The notes: generated from the sequence alone by a model not told the origin. A stretch of DNA of 64,000 nucleotides from an uncultured virus (IMG/VR IMGVR_UViG_3300037634_004692) (IMGVR_UViG_3300037634_004692), one strand, 5' to 3'; numbered from the stretch's first letter, positions 17,319 through 27,975 are shown. Numbers and translations are program-made.

Positions 17319-18566
17319 ATGGCAGTAAAAGTACCACGCAAAACTAAAAAGCAACGTATTAATCGTAAGACTGGTTTTGAAGATCCAGTTTTTGAAGGAT
17401 GCGAGCGTTGGAGCGGTCAAAAGTATCATCGTTACGTTGACAAATATAAGTATTTGTATTACACACAATCTGATACAAAGACTATTGCACCATCAATATG
17501 GACTTGGATGGCTAAGAACGGATACGAAAAAGCAGATATATCAGCAGCCAAAAAAGCAAAGTACATTCCACCACAAGTTGGTATTTTATGTCGCCTAATG
17601 AACTTGGGTATGCCAACATACCATAAAAAAGAAGCTGAGTATTGGGAATCGCTTGCAGGGACCAATGGTAAAATGACAGCAGTTGATATTTATGTTAACG
17701 CAAAACTTGAAACTGCTATTGAAGAAGGCTATTCAGTAGTCAAGCAATCCAAGGCGGTAGCTGATACTAAAAAACAAGTTCATAAGCCTTCTATACGTGA
17801 TGTAATGAATGAAGCAAGTATTGAAATGTGCAAGGAAATTGACGAAATAGTCGATGCCTGGATAGCTGATAAAAACCATAGTATTGTCAAAGCATTTAAT
17901 CCAGTTAATGTATTACGTAAAACTAATGCAAAAGCAAATCATGCTCGGATAATTCGTAAATTTTATGAAGCTGAATATGAGGAAATGCTAAAAGTAAATA
18001 ATATTCCTACAGCAGCTAAACTTAAAAAAATGAGTGCAGCTGAACAGGATGAATGGGAACAAATCAAAGAAGGTTACGATCATTTTGATTCCAAAACTAA
18101 AAAAGCAGCCGTGGAATTATTTAAGAAGATTGTAGATGCATGTGATATTATCATTGCAGAACAAGCAGTAAATCGTAAGCCACGCAAAGTTAAAGAGAAA
18201 TCTGCAGACCAGAAAGTATCTAAACTTAAATTTAAAGCAAGTGATAGTGATTATGGTATCGCTAGTAAACCACCAACAAAATTAATTGGCGCAGTATTCG
18301 CAGTTGTATTTAATTGTAAAAATCGTAAATTAGGCATTTATGTTGCAAATAATACTGATGGATTTAGTGTCAAAGGTACTACTCTGCAGAACTTTAATGA
18401 AAGTGATAGTGTGCAGAAAACGATTCGAAAGCCGCTTGAGGTATTGCCGCCGTTTAAGAAGATAACAAAAGCAAAAGCAATCAAGCAATTCGAAAATCTG
18501 AAGACCACAGATACAAAACTAAATGGTCGATTCAATGATGAGACAGTAATATTGGCTGTTTTCTAA
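17319..18566 (+). CDS. Basic hypothetical phage protein
   Basis: AGGAGA RBS before ATG 17319; long Lys-rich ORF ending at a terminator. Confidence 0.8.
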   Translation: MAVKVPRKTKKQRINRKTGFEDPVFEGCERWSGQKYHRYVDKYKYLYYTQSDTKTIAPSIWTWMAKNGYEKADISAAKKAKYIPPQVGILCRLMNLGMPTYHKKEAEYWESLAGTNGKMTAVDIYVNAKLETAIEEGYSVVKQSKAVADTKKQVHKPSIRDVMNEASIEMCKEIDEIVDAWIADKNHSIVKAFNPVNVLRKTNAKANHARIIRKFYEAEYEEMLKVNNIPTAAKLKKMSAAEQDEWEQIKEGYDHFDSKTKKAAVELFKKIVDACDIIIAEQAVNRKPRKVKEKSADQKVSKLKFKASDSDYGIASKPPTKLIGAVFAVVFNCKNRKLGIYVANNTDGFSVKGTTLQNFNESDSVQKTIRKPLEVLPPFKKITKAKAIKQFENLKTTDTKLNGRFNDETVILAVF

Positions 18567-18606
18567 ATATCATTGGATAACAATCTATATATTGATCAAA
18601 AACTTT

Positions 18607-18631
18607 AAGCCACATTTTGTGGCTTTTTTTT
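18607..18631 (+). terminator. Intrinsic terminator
   Basis: AAGCCACA-TTT-TGTGGCTT followed by a T run. Confidence 0.8.
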
Positions 18632-18638
18632 ATAAATA
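18631..18638 (+). promoter_or_regulatory. T4-type late promoter TATAAATA (representative site)
   Basis: Exact matches also at 21973, 23870, 27985, 46080 and 47441; NATAAATA variants at 19456, 24453, 26367, 39200, 45162, 49949, 56525 and 61265. All lie shortly upstream of structural, late or tRNA genes. Confidence 0.85.
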
Positions 18639-18659
18639 GTATTAGGAGACCCAAAAACA

Positions 18660-19397
18660 ATGAGTAAGAAAAGTGAATTAATTAAAGAAATGGAATTGCG
18701 TCTTGGTGGTGGTATGGTTGATGTTGAACTTGACCCTGAACACTATGACCTATCTATAACCAAAAGTTTAGAAAAATATCGTCAACGTGCTGAAAATGCA
18801 GTAGAAGAAAGTTTTATTTTTTTGCCATTGCAAGAAGATATAAACGAATATACATTGCCAGAAAATGTTTTGGAAGTAAGAGACATTTTTAGGCGCACTA
18901 CTGGTATTAGCAGCGGCACAGGAAATGATATTGAACCATTTCAAGCAGCATATGTCAACACATACCTATTAGGTTCTTACAGGGCTGGCGGACTAGCTAG
19001 TTTTGATTTCTTACAACAACATCGTGAAACAATGGGTCGACTATTTGGTGCTGAAATCATGTTTACATGGCGCGCACTTGATCATAAATTGATGCTTCAT
19101 CGTAAAATTAAAGCAGCAGATGAATGTTTCTTATGGTGCTATAATTATCGTCCAGATGAAAATTTACTAGCTGACCAATATGCTGGTCCATGGATTAAAG
19201 ATTATGCATTTGCGCACGTTCGTTTAATGTTAGCAGAAGCCCGTGGTAAGTTTAGTCAAATTGCTGGTCCCCAAGGTGGCACAACAATGAATGCTGATAT
19301 GTTACGAACAGATGCACAAGCTGAAATAGATAAGTTAGAAACAGAATTAACATTATATAATGATGGTTCAACAGGCCTTGGCTTTGTTATTGGCTAA
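18660..19397 (+). CDS. gp13: Neck protein (T4 gp13-like)
   Basis: LRLGGGMVDVELDPEH, WIKDYA and GKFSQIAGPQGGTTMN motifs. Confidence 0.85.
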   Translation: MSKKSELIKEMELRLGGGMVDVELDPEHYDLSITKSLEKYRQRAENAVEESFIFLPLQEDINEYTLPENVLEVRDIFRRTTGISSGTGNDIEPFQAAYVNTYLLGSYRAGGLASFDFLQQHRETMGRLFGAEIMFTWRALDHKLMLHRKIKAADECFLWCYNYRPDENLLADQYAGPWIKDYAFAHVRLMLAEARGKFSQIAGPQGGTTMNADMLRTDAQAEIDKLETELTLYNDGSTGLGFVIG

Positions 19398-19529
19398 CAT
19401 ATCACTACATTAACTCCCCACTTTACTCTATAACAGCCCTTTTTATGGGATTTATAATAAATACATATAGAATTAAATGATTCTAATTACATGTAAGATA
19501 GAAAAGAGTAAAAATAAAGGAGACTCCAA

Positions 19530-21899
19530 ATGGCAAATCTTGTTTCACCTGGCGTACAGGTAAGTATTACAGACGAGTCAGTATATGGTTCAGCAGGAGC
19601 AGGCACAGTACCAATGTTATTCATTGCTACAGGTGAGAGCAAAGCAGATCCAACTGGCACGGCAGTTACAGCAGAATACACAAAACCAGAATTTGCTGGA
19701 AAGCCAGTTTTAGTAACATCACAACGTGAATTGACACAATTTTTCGGTAACGTAGACTTCCGATCAGTAAGTGGAACAGTTCAACAAGGTGACGAAACTA
19801 ACGAATACGGCTTACTAGCAGCATATTCATTTTTAGGACAAGCATCAGGCGCATACGTAGTACGTGCTGATGTTAATTTAACAGAATTACGTCCAAGCAG
19901 CAGCGAACCAACTGGCCCTGCAAGTGCAGGCACTTATTGGTTAAACCCAAGTAGTTCAAACTTTGGTATTTATGAATATACAACATCTGGCTGGGCAGCA
20001 CAAACCCCGACAGTTGAATTGACAACTGGCGGCGGAGCACCAGCAACAGCAGCAGTAGAAGATGCATATCTAGTGCAAATTGATGTAAATGGTGCAGTAA
20101 CAACAGTTAACTATTTTAAAGGCGATTCAGCTCCAGCATGGGTAGCAATCGCTTCAACATTTGCACCACATTATAGTGAACCAGCAGCACCATCAGTTGG
20201 TGATGTATGGGTTAAAACAACTCAGCCTGGCGGTGGTATAAAGTTTGATATTAGCCAGTTCACTACAGCAGCAGGCGCATTTGTTGCACAAACAGTACAT
20301 TATGCTAACGATTCTGGTGATGCACCAGATGGCGCAGCTGATGATGTATTCCAAGACGGATCAGCAGGCAGTGTTCGTTCATTAGCAGACGATGATATTT
20401 GGCTAGAAATTGGCGCAGGTGGTGTAATTACTATTAAGAAGTATGCATCAGCAGCATGGGCAAACTTTGCAGTAACATCACAAGTTGCAGAACCAACAGG
20501 CAATCCAACTGATAAAACAGTTTGGTTTGATCCAGATCTTAACGAATTAGATATTTTTGAAGTTGCATTAGATGGCGCCACCCAAAAATGGCAAAAGGCA
20601 ACCAATGTTACATATACTTCAGCAGAACCAGCAGTAGGCGGACTAGGAGACTATTGGGTTGATACTGATGCAGACGGTTACCCGGTAATTTATCGTTCAA
20701 ACGGTGCAGCATGGGTAGTTAAAGATAATACAGATCAAAGTACATCAAGCGGTGTAGCATTTGGCGACATTATTGATACAGTAGTAGCTAGCGGCGGATA
20801 TGTTGATGCAGCAAGTGTACTAGCTGGCGGCCCAAATCCATTAGTATTCCCAGTAGGCACAACAGGTGTTAACATGTGTCGTTCAGGCGGTACAGTGCGC
20901 ATTTATGATGCATCATTAGCAACAGCTTGGAAATGGCGTAACCACGCACCAGCACAAGCAAGTGGAGCAGGTTCATTTGGACGTTTAGCTCAACGAGCAG
21001 TTGTTGTTGCAGCAATGCAAGCATCTACATCAGGTACAGAATTGCGCGAAGATACCGTTGCATTTCGTTTAATCGCAGCACCAGGTTATCCTGAACTAAT
21101 GGATGAAATGGTAACATTAAATACTGATCGTAACGAAACTGCATTTGTAGTAGTTGATTCACCATTGCGTCTTGCACCAGCAGATGCAGCAGCATGGGTA
21201 CAAGGTACAAACGCAACAGAAAATGGTGAAAGCGGACTAACAAGCAAAAACACATACTCAGCGGCTTACTACCCAAGTGTATACACTACTGATCCTACAA
21301 GTGGTGCAAGTGTTGTTGCTCCAGCTTCACATAGTGTTCTTTATACATATGCATATAATGATAGTGTAAGCTATCAATGGTTTGCACCAGCTGGTTTAAC
21401 TCGCGGTGTAGTTCAAAATGCATCAAATGTTGGTTATATTAATGCTGAAGGCGAATTTACCGCAGTTGCATTAAGCCAAGGTGCTCGTGACTCACTATAC
21501 GAAAATAAGTTAAATCCAATTGCACGTTTCCCAAGTGAAGGTGTTATTGTATTTGGACAAAAGACTCTTGCAGCAAGTGCAAGTGCATTGGATCGTGTTA
21601 ATGTTGCTCGCTTAACAGCTTACTTGCGTGAGCGTTTTGATGTTATTGCTCGTCCATATTTGTTTGAACCAAATGACGAAGGTACTCGTATAAATGTTAA
21701 AGGTACATTTGATGGATTTATGGGTAACATTTTATCTCAGCGCGGCGTGTATGATTATGCAGTAGTTTGTGATGAAACAAATAATACACCAGCGCGTATT
21801 GATCGCAGTGAATTATGGGTAGATGTTGCTATTGAACCTACAAAATCAGCAGAATTTATCTACATTCCAGTACGCATTGTTAATACTGGTGAACTATAA
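19530..21899 (+). CDS. gp18: Tail sheath protein
   Basis: LVSPGVQVSITDES, WFAPAGLTRG, DRVNVARL, FEPND and AEFIYIP motifs. Confidence 0.96.
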   Translation: MANLVSPGVQVSITDESVYGSAGAGTVPMLFIATGESKADPTGTAVTAEYTKPEFAGKPVLVTSQRELTQFFGNVDFRSVSGTVQQGDETNEYGLLAAYSFLGQASGAYVVRADVNLTELRPSSSEPTGPASAGTYWLNPSSSNFGIYEYTTSGWAAQTPTVELTTGGGAPATAAVEDAYLVQIDVNGAVTTVNYFKGDSAPAWVAIASTFAPHYSEPAAPSVGDVWVKTTQPGGGIKFDISQFTTAAGAFVAQTVHYANDSGDAPDGAADDVFQDGSAGSVRSLADDDIWLEIGAGGVITIKKYASAAWANFAVTSQVAEPTGNPTDKTVWFDPDLNELDIFEVALDGATQKWQKATNVTYTSAEPAVGGLGDYWVDTDADGYPVIYRSNGAAWVVKDNTDQSTSSGVAFGDIIDTVVASGGYVDAASVLAGGPNPLVFPVGTTGVNMCRSGGTVRIYDASLATAWKWRNHAPAQASGAGSFGRLAQRAVVVAAMQASTSGTELREDTVAFRLIAAPGYPELMDEMVTLNTDRNETAFVVVDSPLRLAPADAAAWVQGTNATENGESGLTSKNTYSAAYYPSVYTTDPTSGASVVAPASHSVLYTYAYNDSVSYQWFAPAGLTRGVVQNASNVGYINAEGEFTAVALSQGARDSLYENKLNPIARFPSEGVIVFGQKTLAASASALDRVNVARLTAYLRERFDVIARPYLFEPNDEGTRINVKGTFDGFMGNILSQRGVYDYAVVCDETNNTPARIDRSELWVDVAIEPTKSAEFIYIPVRIVNTGEL

Positions 21900-21928
21900 A
21901 CTAGTTAAAAATTATTAAGTACTAAGTT

Positions 21929-21962
21929 AAAGGGTAATATTTTTATTACCCTTTATTTTTTT
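21929..21962 (+). terminator. Intrinsic terminator
   Basis: AAAGGGTAATA / TATTACCCTTT stem followed by a T run. Confidence 0.75.
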
Positions 21963-22013
21963 GAGTAAAAAGTATAAATACAATATATAGAAACATTTAA
22001 AGGAGATTTACAA

Positions 22014-22652
22014 ATGGCTATTTTAACAAATTTTGGTGTTCCGGTACCGGGCGCCTCTGGCACAACATTAATGCCTAAATTGCAGTATCGTTTTCGTGTC
22101 ACATTTCATAACCTAGCTGGTTCTGATAAAGCATCTGAAATATCACGTAACATTGTTTCAGTATCACGTCCAGCAATGGATCATGATGATGTAACAATCG
22201 ATATGTATAACTCAAAAGTACGTTTAGCTGGTAAGCATACATGGCAAGATATTACACTAGTTATCAGAGATGATGTATCTAGTGAAGTTGTAAAATTACT
22301 TGGTCAGCAATTAAATACACAAGTTGATCATGCAGATCAAACAAGCGCACAAGCTGGTGGTGATTACAAGTTTGGTATGACAATTGAAACATTAGACGGC
22401 TCGCAAGACGCTGGCGCTGGTGCAGTACTTGACCAGTGGCATTTAGCAGGTTGTTTCATCCCAAGCCTGCAATATGGTGATCTAAACTATGGCACTAGTG
22501 ATGCTGTACAAATTACAGCTACAATACGTTTTGACAATGCATCTAATCATATTGGTGCAGGTGGCGTTGATGTATTAAGTGGTGGTAAAACTAAGCACGT
22601 TAAGAAAGTAAGCAGTGGTGGCGGCCGCTTCCATGGTGGCGCCGGTCGATAG
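22014..22652 (+). CDS. gp19: Tail tube protein
   Basis: PKLQYRFRV, AGKHTWQDI and GDLNY...TIRFD motifs; follows the sheath gene. Confidence 0.9.
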   Translation: MAILTNFGVPVPGASGTTLMPKLQYRFRVTFHNLAGSDKASEISRNIVSVSRPAMDHDDVTIDMYNSKVRLAGKHTWQDITLVIRDDVSSEVVKLLGQQLNTQVDHADQTSAQAGGDYKFGMTIETLDGSQDAGAGAVLDQWHLAGCFIPSLQYGDLNYGTSDAVQITATIRFDNASNHIGAGGVDVLSGGKTKHVKKVSSGGGRFHGGAGR

Positions 22653-22673
22653 TAACTATCGGAGATCTGCACC

Positions 22674-23309
22674 ATGGCGGTAAATAAATTTTTAGGCGAC
22701 GCAGCAGCAAAAGGATATAGTCAATCTTCAGACGGGGGAGGGAACAATTTACTCCTTCCCCGCAACCGTTTTGAGTTTACGATATTCATACATCATAATG
22801 GAAAATCAGTACCAAGTCCATTGGAACTAATACATGTTAGTGAAGTTCAATTACCTTCATCTATTTTTAGAACAGCAGTTTTAAATCAATATAATAGAAA
22901 ACGAGTAGTAAATACAGGAGTAGATTATGCTCCAGTACATATTAATGCATATGATACTAAAAATGCAACGATAGAAAAATTCCTTAAAGAATATGCAGGA
23001 TACTATTTTAAAGGTCCAATGAATTCCGATGGTAAGACTGAAATAGAACATTATAGCGATATCATAACAGACGGATTTGTTGGTGGAGACAGTGCAAAAG
23101 GTTTAAACTTAGTTGATAAGAAAAACTTTATTACAAAAATTGTCATTGGTCGCGCGTCAAGCGCCGAAGATATAAATTATTATATCTTAGATGCACCAAT
23201 GATTACAGGTATTGGTGGCGATACGTTAAGTTATAGTGATAGTAATCCATCCCAAATTAGAATTGAAATCTCCTATGAAGGCTATGAAGTAACAACTACT
23301 AATGGCTAG
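22674..23309 (+). CDS. Tail-tube-fold baseplate / tube initiator protein (gp48/gp54-like)
   Basis: QLPS...NQYNRKRVV...Y.PV.I..YD and LSY..S....I.ISYE resemble the tube fold. Confidence 0.55.
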   Translation: MAVNKFLGDAAAKGYSQSSDGGGNNLLLPRNRFEFTIFIHHNGKSVPSPLELIHVSEVQLPSSIFRTAVLNQYNRKRVVNTGVDYAPVHINAYDTKNATIEKFLKEYAGYYFKGPMNSDGKTEIEHYSDIITDGFVGGDSAKGLNLVDKKNFITKIVIGRASSAEDINYYILDAPMITGIGGDTLSYSDSNPSQIRIEISYEGYEVTTTNG

Positions 23310-23751
23310 AAAATTCCAAAATGGCGAATACGTACCACAAAACCCTGATAAATACTTAGGTAAAAGAACCCCGCATTACAGAAGTGGATGGGAATTAACT
23401 GTATTCCGTATGTTAGATAATCATCCTTCAGTTATTGGATGGGGAAGCGAAACACATCGTATCCCGTATCGTAATCCGTTAACTGGCAAGAATAGTTCAT
23501 ACGTTCCTGACGTTTTGATGGTATATCAAGATAAAAAAGGTAACCAACATGCAGAAATGGTTGAAATTAAACCCAGTAAGCAAATATTAGGCGAAGCAAA
23601 GACACAACACGATAAGATGCATGCAGTAGTTAATGCAGCAAAATGGGAAGCAGCCAGAGCATGGTGCAAAGCACAAGGCCTTGGATTTAGAGTTATAACT
23701 GAACATCAAATTTTTAATAAACCACAAAATTCCAAGAAACGAAGAAAATAG
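23302..23751 (+). CDS. gp4: Head completion nuclease (T4 gp4-like, TnsA fold)
   Basis: NPDKYLG, YRSGWE, WGSE, YVPD, VEIKP, AKWEAA and FRVITE motifs. Confidence 0.92.
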   Translation: MARKFQNGEYVPQNPDKYLGKRTPHYRSGWELTVFRMLDNHPSVIGWGSETHRIPYRNPLTGKNSSYVPDVLMVYQDKKGNQHAEMVEIKPSKQILGEAKTQHDKMHAVVNAAKWEAARAWCKAQGLGFRVITEHQIFNKPQNSKKRRK

Positions 23752-23900
23752 AAAACACACCTTAGGACCGATATATTTATGGCGTCGCCGTTTTATATCT
23801 AAGGTGAGGATGCCGTTATCCTTTAATACATAATTCGCTACTATGTTTATAAAAAACGGTAACTTATTTTATAAATACACGTATATAAAGAGTACATACT

Positions 23901-24461
23901 ATGACAAAGAAACTAGAAGAAGAATTTAATTTACCGCCAATAGAAGAATTAAACTTTGATTTTTCTAAAGAACAGCTACCTGAAGTAGTTGAGGAAGATA
24001 AGTCGTTAGCTGAAATTAATTCAGAGATAGCAGCGTCTAATAAAGGCATGGAAATAAGTCAAAAAATTGACGCAGCATTGCCATTGGTTGCAGGTATGGA
24101 AACTTTAGAACGAGAAATGGACGAGTATGCACAAAAAGCAATGGACACATTTGCAGACTTAGTTGATCTGGGTAAGAATGTTGAAGATAGACATGTAGCT
24201 CCAATATTTGATAGTGCTAGTAAAATGTTAGCAGCAGGGTTGCAAGCAAAGCAAGCTAAGTTAGATAAAAAGTTAAAGATGGTTGAATTGCAAATGAAAA
24301 AACAACGCTTAGATCAACAAGAGCGTGAATTAGAAGCAAAGCTTAAAGCAAAAGAAGATGACGATGATGATAGAGATAGTACAATAGAAGGCAAAATAGT
24401 TGGCGATCGCAGTGCTATGTTAGAAGAAATCATGGGTAAAATGAGAGAAAATGATAAATAA
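23901..24461 (+). CDS. Coiled-coil protein, possible terminase small subunit
   Basis: Late promoter, helical and charged, upstream of the large terminase. Confidence 0.45.
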   Translation: MTKKLEEEFNLPPIEELNFDFSKEQLPEVVEEDKSLAEINSEIAASNKGMEISQKIDAALPLVAGMETLEREMDEYAQKAMDTFADLVDLGKNVEDRHVAPIFDSASKMLAAGLQAKQAKLDKKLKMVELQMKKQRLDQQERELEAKLKAKEDDDDDRDSTIEGKIVGDRSAMLEEIMGKMRENDK

Positions 24462-24483
24462 TATTAATAGTGGAGATTATAAA

Positions 24484-24966
24484 ATGAAGTCCTTCAAAAC
24501 ATACATGACAGAGTCACAACAAAAATTTAAATGGAAAATCAAAATGGCTCAAGAGCCAACTGATGATCAAGTTGATAGAATTGAACGTCATCTAGTAAAA
24601 TATGATGTGCAGAAATTCAGCGCACCTAAAAAACTAATGCTACAAAGCTCACCAATAGATTTCCCCAATTTACGTGGTTATGAGATTTATGTTATGGAAT
24701 TTGAAACCAACATTGTAGCTAGTGGGTTCCAAATCCAGGTTGAAATACAAAATATGCTAGGATTAAATGATGGTATGTTAAAAGTCCGAGGTGCTCACGA
24801 ACCAGATGAGCATGAAGAAGCTAATGAAGGAAGCTTACTTGCAGATGATACTTATAGTGAAACTGATAAAGTTAGCGGTGAAGATTTTTATGGTGATAAG
24901 TATAACACCAGCTTTGTACAGGAGTTACTGAAGCTGCGCAAAGACAAGGAAAAAAACGATGAATGA
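24484..24966 (+). CDS. Hypothetical virion (head) protein
   Basis: GGAG RBS with ATG at 24484; N-terminus MKSFKTYMTES resembles the T4 capsid-targeting sequence. Confidence 0.65.
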   Translation: MKSFKTYMTESQQKFKWKIKMAQEPTDDQVDRIERHLVKYDVQKFSAPKKLMLQSSPIDFPNLRGYEIYVMEFETNIVASGFQIQVEIQNMLGLNDGMLKVRGAHEPDEHEEANEGSLLADDTYSETDKVSGEDFYGDKYNTSFVQELLKLRKDKEKNDE

Positions 24967-26287
24967 TTTAGCTAGAATTTTAGGATTAGCAGGAATTAAC
25001 CAACCAGAAAGCGCAGCTGATGTGTGTGCTGAGGATGGAAATAGTACAGACGGATATGAATTAAAGACTGAACTAGGCGAATATGATGAAGGACCATCGC
25101 GCAAAGAACTTGCATATGATGACTTTGAAGATTTTGCATATAATGAATACGAAGAAAGAATGCTTCCATCCGACCATATTGAAGTCGAAGATGATGTATA
25201 TGAAGCAATTAATAAAAAACTAGGCGATATTGATGATTTCAGATTTGACCAACACGCAGTTAACGAAATTAATAATGCAACCGACAAGAAGCAACAGTAT
25301 AAACTTGCTGTTACTAATGCTGTTAGTTTTGACGACTGGTTTGGTGAGAATCATGAAGATTTGAAATATGATTTTGATGGTATGGATGAATCAGCCAAAG
25401 CGAAACCAGATTTTGCAGATATTGACAATGATGGAGACGAGGACGAAGATATGAAAAAAGCAGCCAAAGATAAAGAAAATAAAGAAAATGCTAATGAAGC
25501 AGTTGGCGAATTTGCAGCACCACTTTATGATTTAATTGATAATCATGGCGCAGAAGCAGTATTAGATGAATTGGTACGTTACTTGGATGTTGATCAAATT
25601 GACGATTTTGTATCAGATTACAAACGTCATCACGATGATGATCTTCTAGATTTAGAATATGAAGGCGCCAAAACGGAACCTACCATTTCTGAATCAAAGT
25701 GTTGTGATTGTGATGATTGTGGTCCAGATTGCGATTGCGATTGTGGTTGTCACGAAGAAACAGTTACAGAATCACCAACAATGAATACTACTGACTTAGT
25801 AATATTACTAAAAAATGCAGGTTTAACAGAAGATGAACATTCGGCAGAAGGTGTAAGCGAAGCAAAAGAACGTCCTTACGTTTGTGTTCATGCTAAGAAA
25901 GGCAAGCACGAATGTCATGCTGATTCATCATATGGAGCGGCTCAGAAAGCGGCTACACATTGGAAATTAAAATCAACAGCAGGTATCGATGCATATTTGG
26001 CAGATGTAGAACAAGTTGCCGAAGCAACAGCGCAGTTAGTTAATATGTTAAAGAACGCGGGCTTATCTGAGGCTGCCATTGAAGAAAAATTAAATGAGTG
26101 GGCAAACACACCTGAAGGTGTTGGTGAAGTTGAGCCTACAGAACACGGTGATGCTTATGATTTTGCTCAAAGTGTAAACCTTAGCCTTAAACGTTATTTA
26201 GATGCACAAGACATGAAAGTATCAATTAGCGAAAGTCATACAGTTGAAGGAATGAAAAACAAGTATAATAAACAAAAAAATAAGTAA
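24959..26287 (+). CDS. Highly acidic mosaic protein, likely internal head / core protein
   Basis: Very D/E-rich; repeated xxE-A/S motifs; DIDNDGD motif; Cys-rich segment. Confidence 0.65.
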   Translation: MNDLARILGLAGINQPESAADVCAEDGNSTDGYELKTELGEYDEGPSRKELAYDDFEDFAYNEYEERMLPSDHIEVEDDVYEAINKKLGDIDDFRFDQHAVNEINNATDKKQQYKLAVTNAVSFDDWFGENHEDLKYDFDGMDESAKAKPDFADIDNDGDEDEDMKKAAKDKENKENANEAVGEFAAPLYDLIDNHGAEAVLDELVRYLDVDQIDDFVSDYKRHHDDDLLDLEYEGAKTEPTISESKCCDCDDCGPDCDCDCGCHEETVTESPTMNTTDLVILLKNAGLTEDEHSAEGVSEAKERPYVCVHAKKGKHECHADSSYGAAQKAATHWKLKSTAGIDAYLADVEQVAEATAQLVNMLKNAGLSEAAIEEKLNEWANTPEGVGEVEPTEHGDAYDFAQSVNLSLKRYLDAQDMKVSISESHTVEGMKNKYNKQKNK

Positions 26288-26406
26288 ATTATTTTTATTC
26301 CCCATCTCTTATTATAAGAGAATCTTGTAATAGCGTGTCTGGCAACAGTCGCGCTATTTTTTTAACAATAAATAACATTATATATTGATTAATAGGCAAC
26401 CAAAAA

Positions 26407-27975
26407 ATGACAACACAAGGAACAGCAAATACTAATCTAGTTAAATCTCCATATAAGAAAGAAACGTTTACAACGGATCAACTTACTGAGTTAGCTAAAT
26501 GTGCAAATGACCCGAAATACTTTATGACTGAACATTGTTGGATACAGCATCCAACTAAAGGTCGTATGAAGTTTGATTTATTTGATTTTCAAAGAGAATT
26601 AGTGGATACATATCACGACTATAGATCTAGTATTGCGCTCATTAGTCGACAAATGGGTAAATCCACCGCAGCAGCGGGATATCTATTATGGTATGCCATG
26701 TTTAATCCAGACCAAACTATTCTAATTGCAGCACACAAGTATAGCGGCGCCCAAGAGATTATGCAACGTATACGTTTTGCATACGAAACACTTCCGGACT
26801 ATATCAGAGCAGGGGCGACAAGTTATAACAAAGGCAGTTTAGAATTTGATAATGGTTCACGTATTATTGCACAAGCAACCACAGATAATACTGGGCGTGG
26901 TTTGTCTATCTCATTGGCGTATTTAGACGAATTTGCATTTGTAAGACCTACTATTGCTCGTGAGTTCTGGACTGCATTATCACCAACATTGAGTACAGGT
27001 GGTAAGTGTATTATTACTAGTACCCCTAACCAAGACGATGACCAATTTGCACAAATTTGGCGTGATGCTAATAAATGTTTAGACGAATATGGTAATGAAA
27101 CAGAAACTGGTATTAATGGATTCCGTGGATATAGTGCAGATTGGAAAAAGCATCCAGATAGAGATCAAAAATGGGCTGATGAAGAAAAAGGGAAAATAGG
27201 CGAGGAACGTTTCAGGCGTGAACACTTAAATGAGTTTATTGCATTTGATGAAACACTAATTGATAGTATAAAACTAACACTGCTTGAAGGCAAAGATCCA
27301 TATGCAAAACAAGGACAAGTAAGATGGTTTAAGCCAGTGCAACCTGGTAAAATTTATATGGTAGCATTGGATCCTAGTCTAGGCACAGGTGGTGATAATG
27401 CTGCAATACAAGTATATGAATTACCTGGTATGAAACAAGTAGCAGAATGGCAGCACAATAAAACATCAATCCAACATCAGATTAGAATTGTTAAACAGAT
27501 TTTAGAACTTATAGAAAAAGACTCAAATGAAACTGCTGAAATATATTACAGTATAGAAAATAACACATTAGGCGAAGCTGCATTGGTTGTTGTAGAAGAA
27601 ATAGGCGAAGAAAATATCCCTGGTACATTTTTATCAGAACCCAAAAAGCGTGGCAATAATACAAAGTTACGACGCGGATTTACTACAACCCACAAATCAA
27701 AATTGGCAGCATGTGCTAAACTAAAGCATTGGGTTGAAACTGATAAAATTGAAATTGCAAGTAAGAATTTATTGCGTGAATTAAAAACTTTTGTAGCTCG
27801 TGGTAGTAGTTTTTCAGCAAAAGATGGAGAAAAGGATGACTTGGTCATGGCCTTGGTGTTAATTACTCGCATGGCCCAAGAAATTACAAAATACGAAGAA
27901 AGTGCATTTGATTATCTAGGTACAAATGATGATGACGATGATTATGATGAGCCAATGCCAATGAGCTTTTTATAA
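26407..27975 (+). CDS. gp17: Terminase large subunit
   Basis: SRQMGKS Walker A, LDEFAFV Walker B, ITSTPN, nuclease motifs ALDPS and DDLVMA. Confidence 0.97.
   Translation: MTTQGTANTNLVKSPYKKETFTTDQLTELAKCANDPKYFMTEHCWIQHPTKGRMKFDLFDFQRELVDTYHDYRSSIALISRQMGKSTAAAGYLLWYAMFNPDQTILIAAHKYSGAQEIMQRIRFAYETLPDYIRAGATSYNKGSLEFDNGSRIIAQATTDNTGRGLSISLAYLDEFAFVRPTIAREFWTALSPTLSTGGKCIITSTPNQDDDQFAQIWRDANKCLDEYGNETETGINGFRGYSADWKKHPDRDQKWADEEKGKIGEERFRREHLNEFIAFDETLIDSIKLTLLEGKDPYAKQGQVRWFKPVQPGKIYMVALDPSLGTGGDNAAIQVYELPGMKQVAEWQHNKTSIQHQIRIVKQILELIEKDSNETAEIYYSIENNTLGEAALVVVEEIGEENIPGTFLSEPKKRGNNTKLRRGFTTTHKSKLAACAKLKHWVETDKIEIASKNLLRELKTFVARGSSFSAKDGEKDDLVMALVLITRMAQEITKYEESAFDYLGTNDDDDDYDEPMPMSFL

Noticed and set aside
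23757..23862. Assignment to a known ribozyme (twister, HDV-like, hammerhead)
   Set aside because: Only short partial motif matches on the minus strand (GGTCCTAAG, GCGAAT), without the required order or core; left unassigned.
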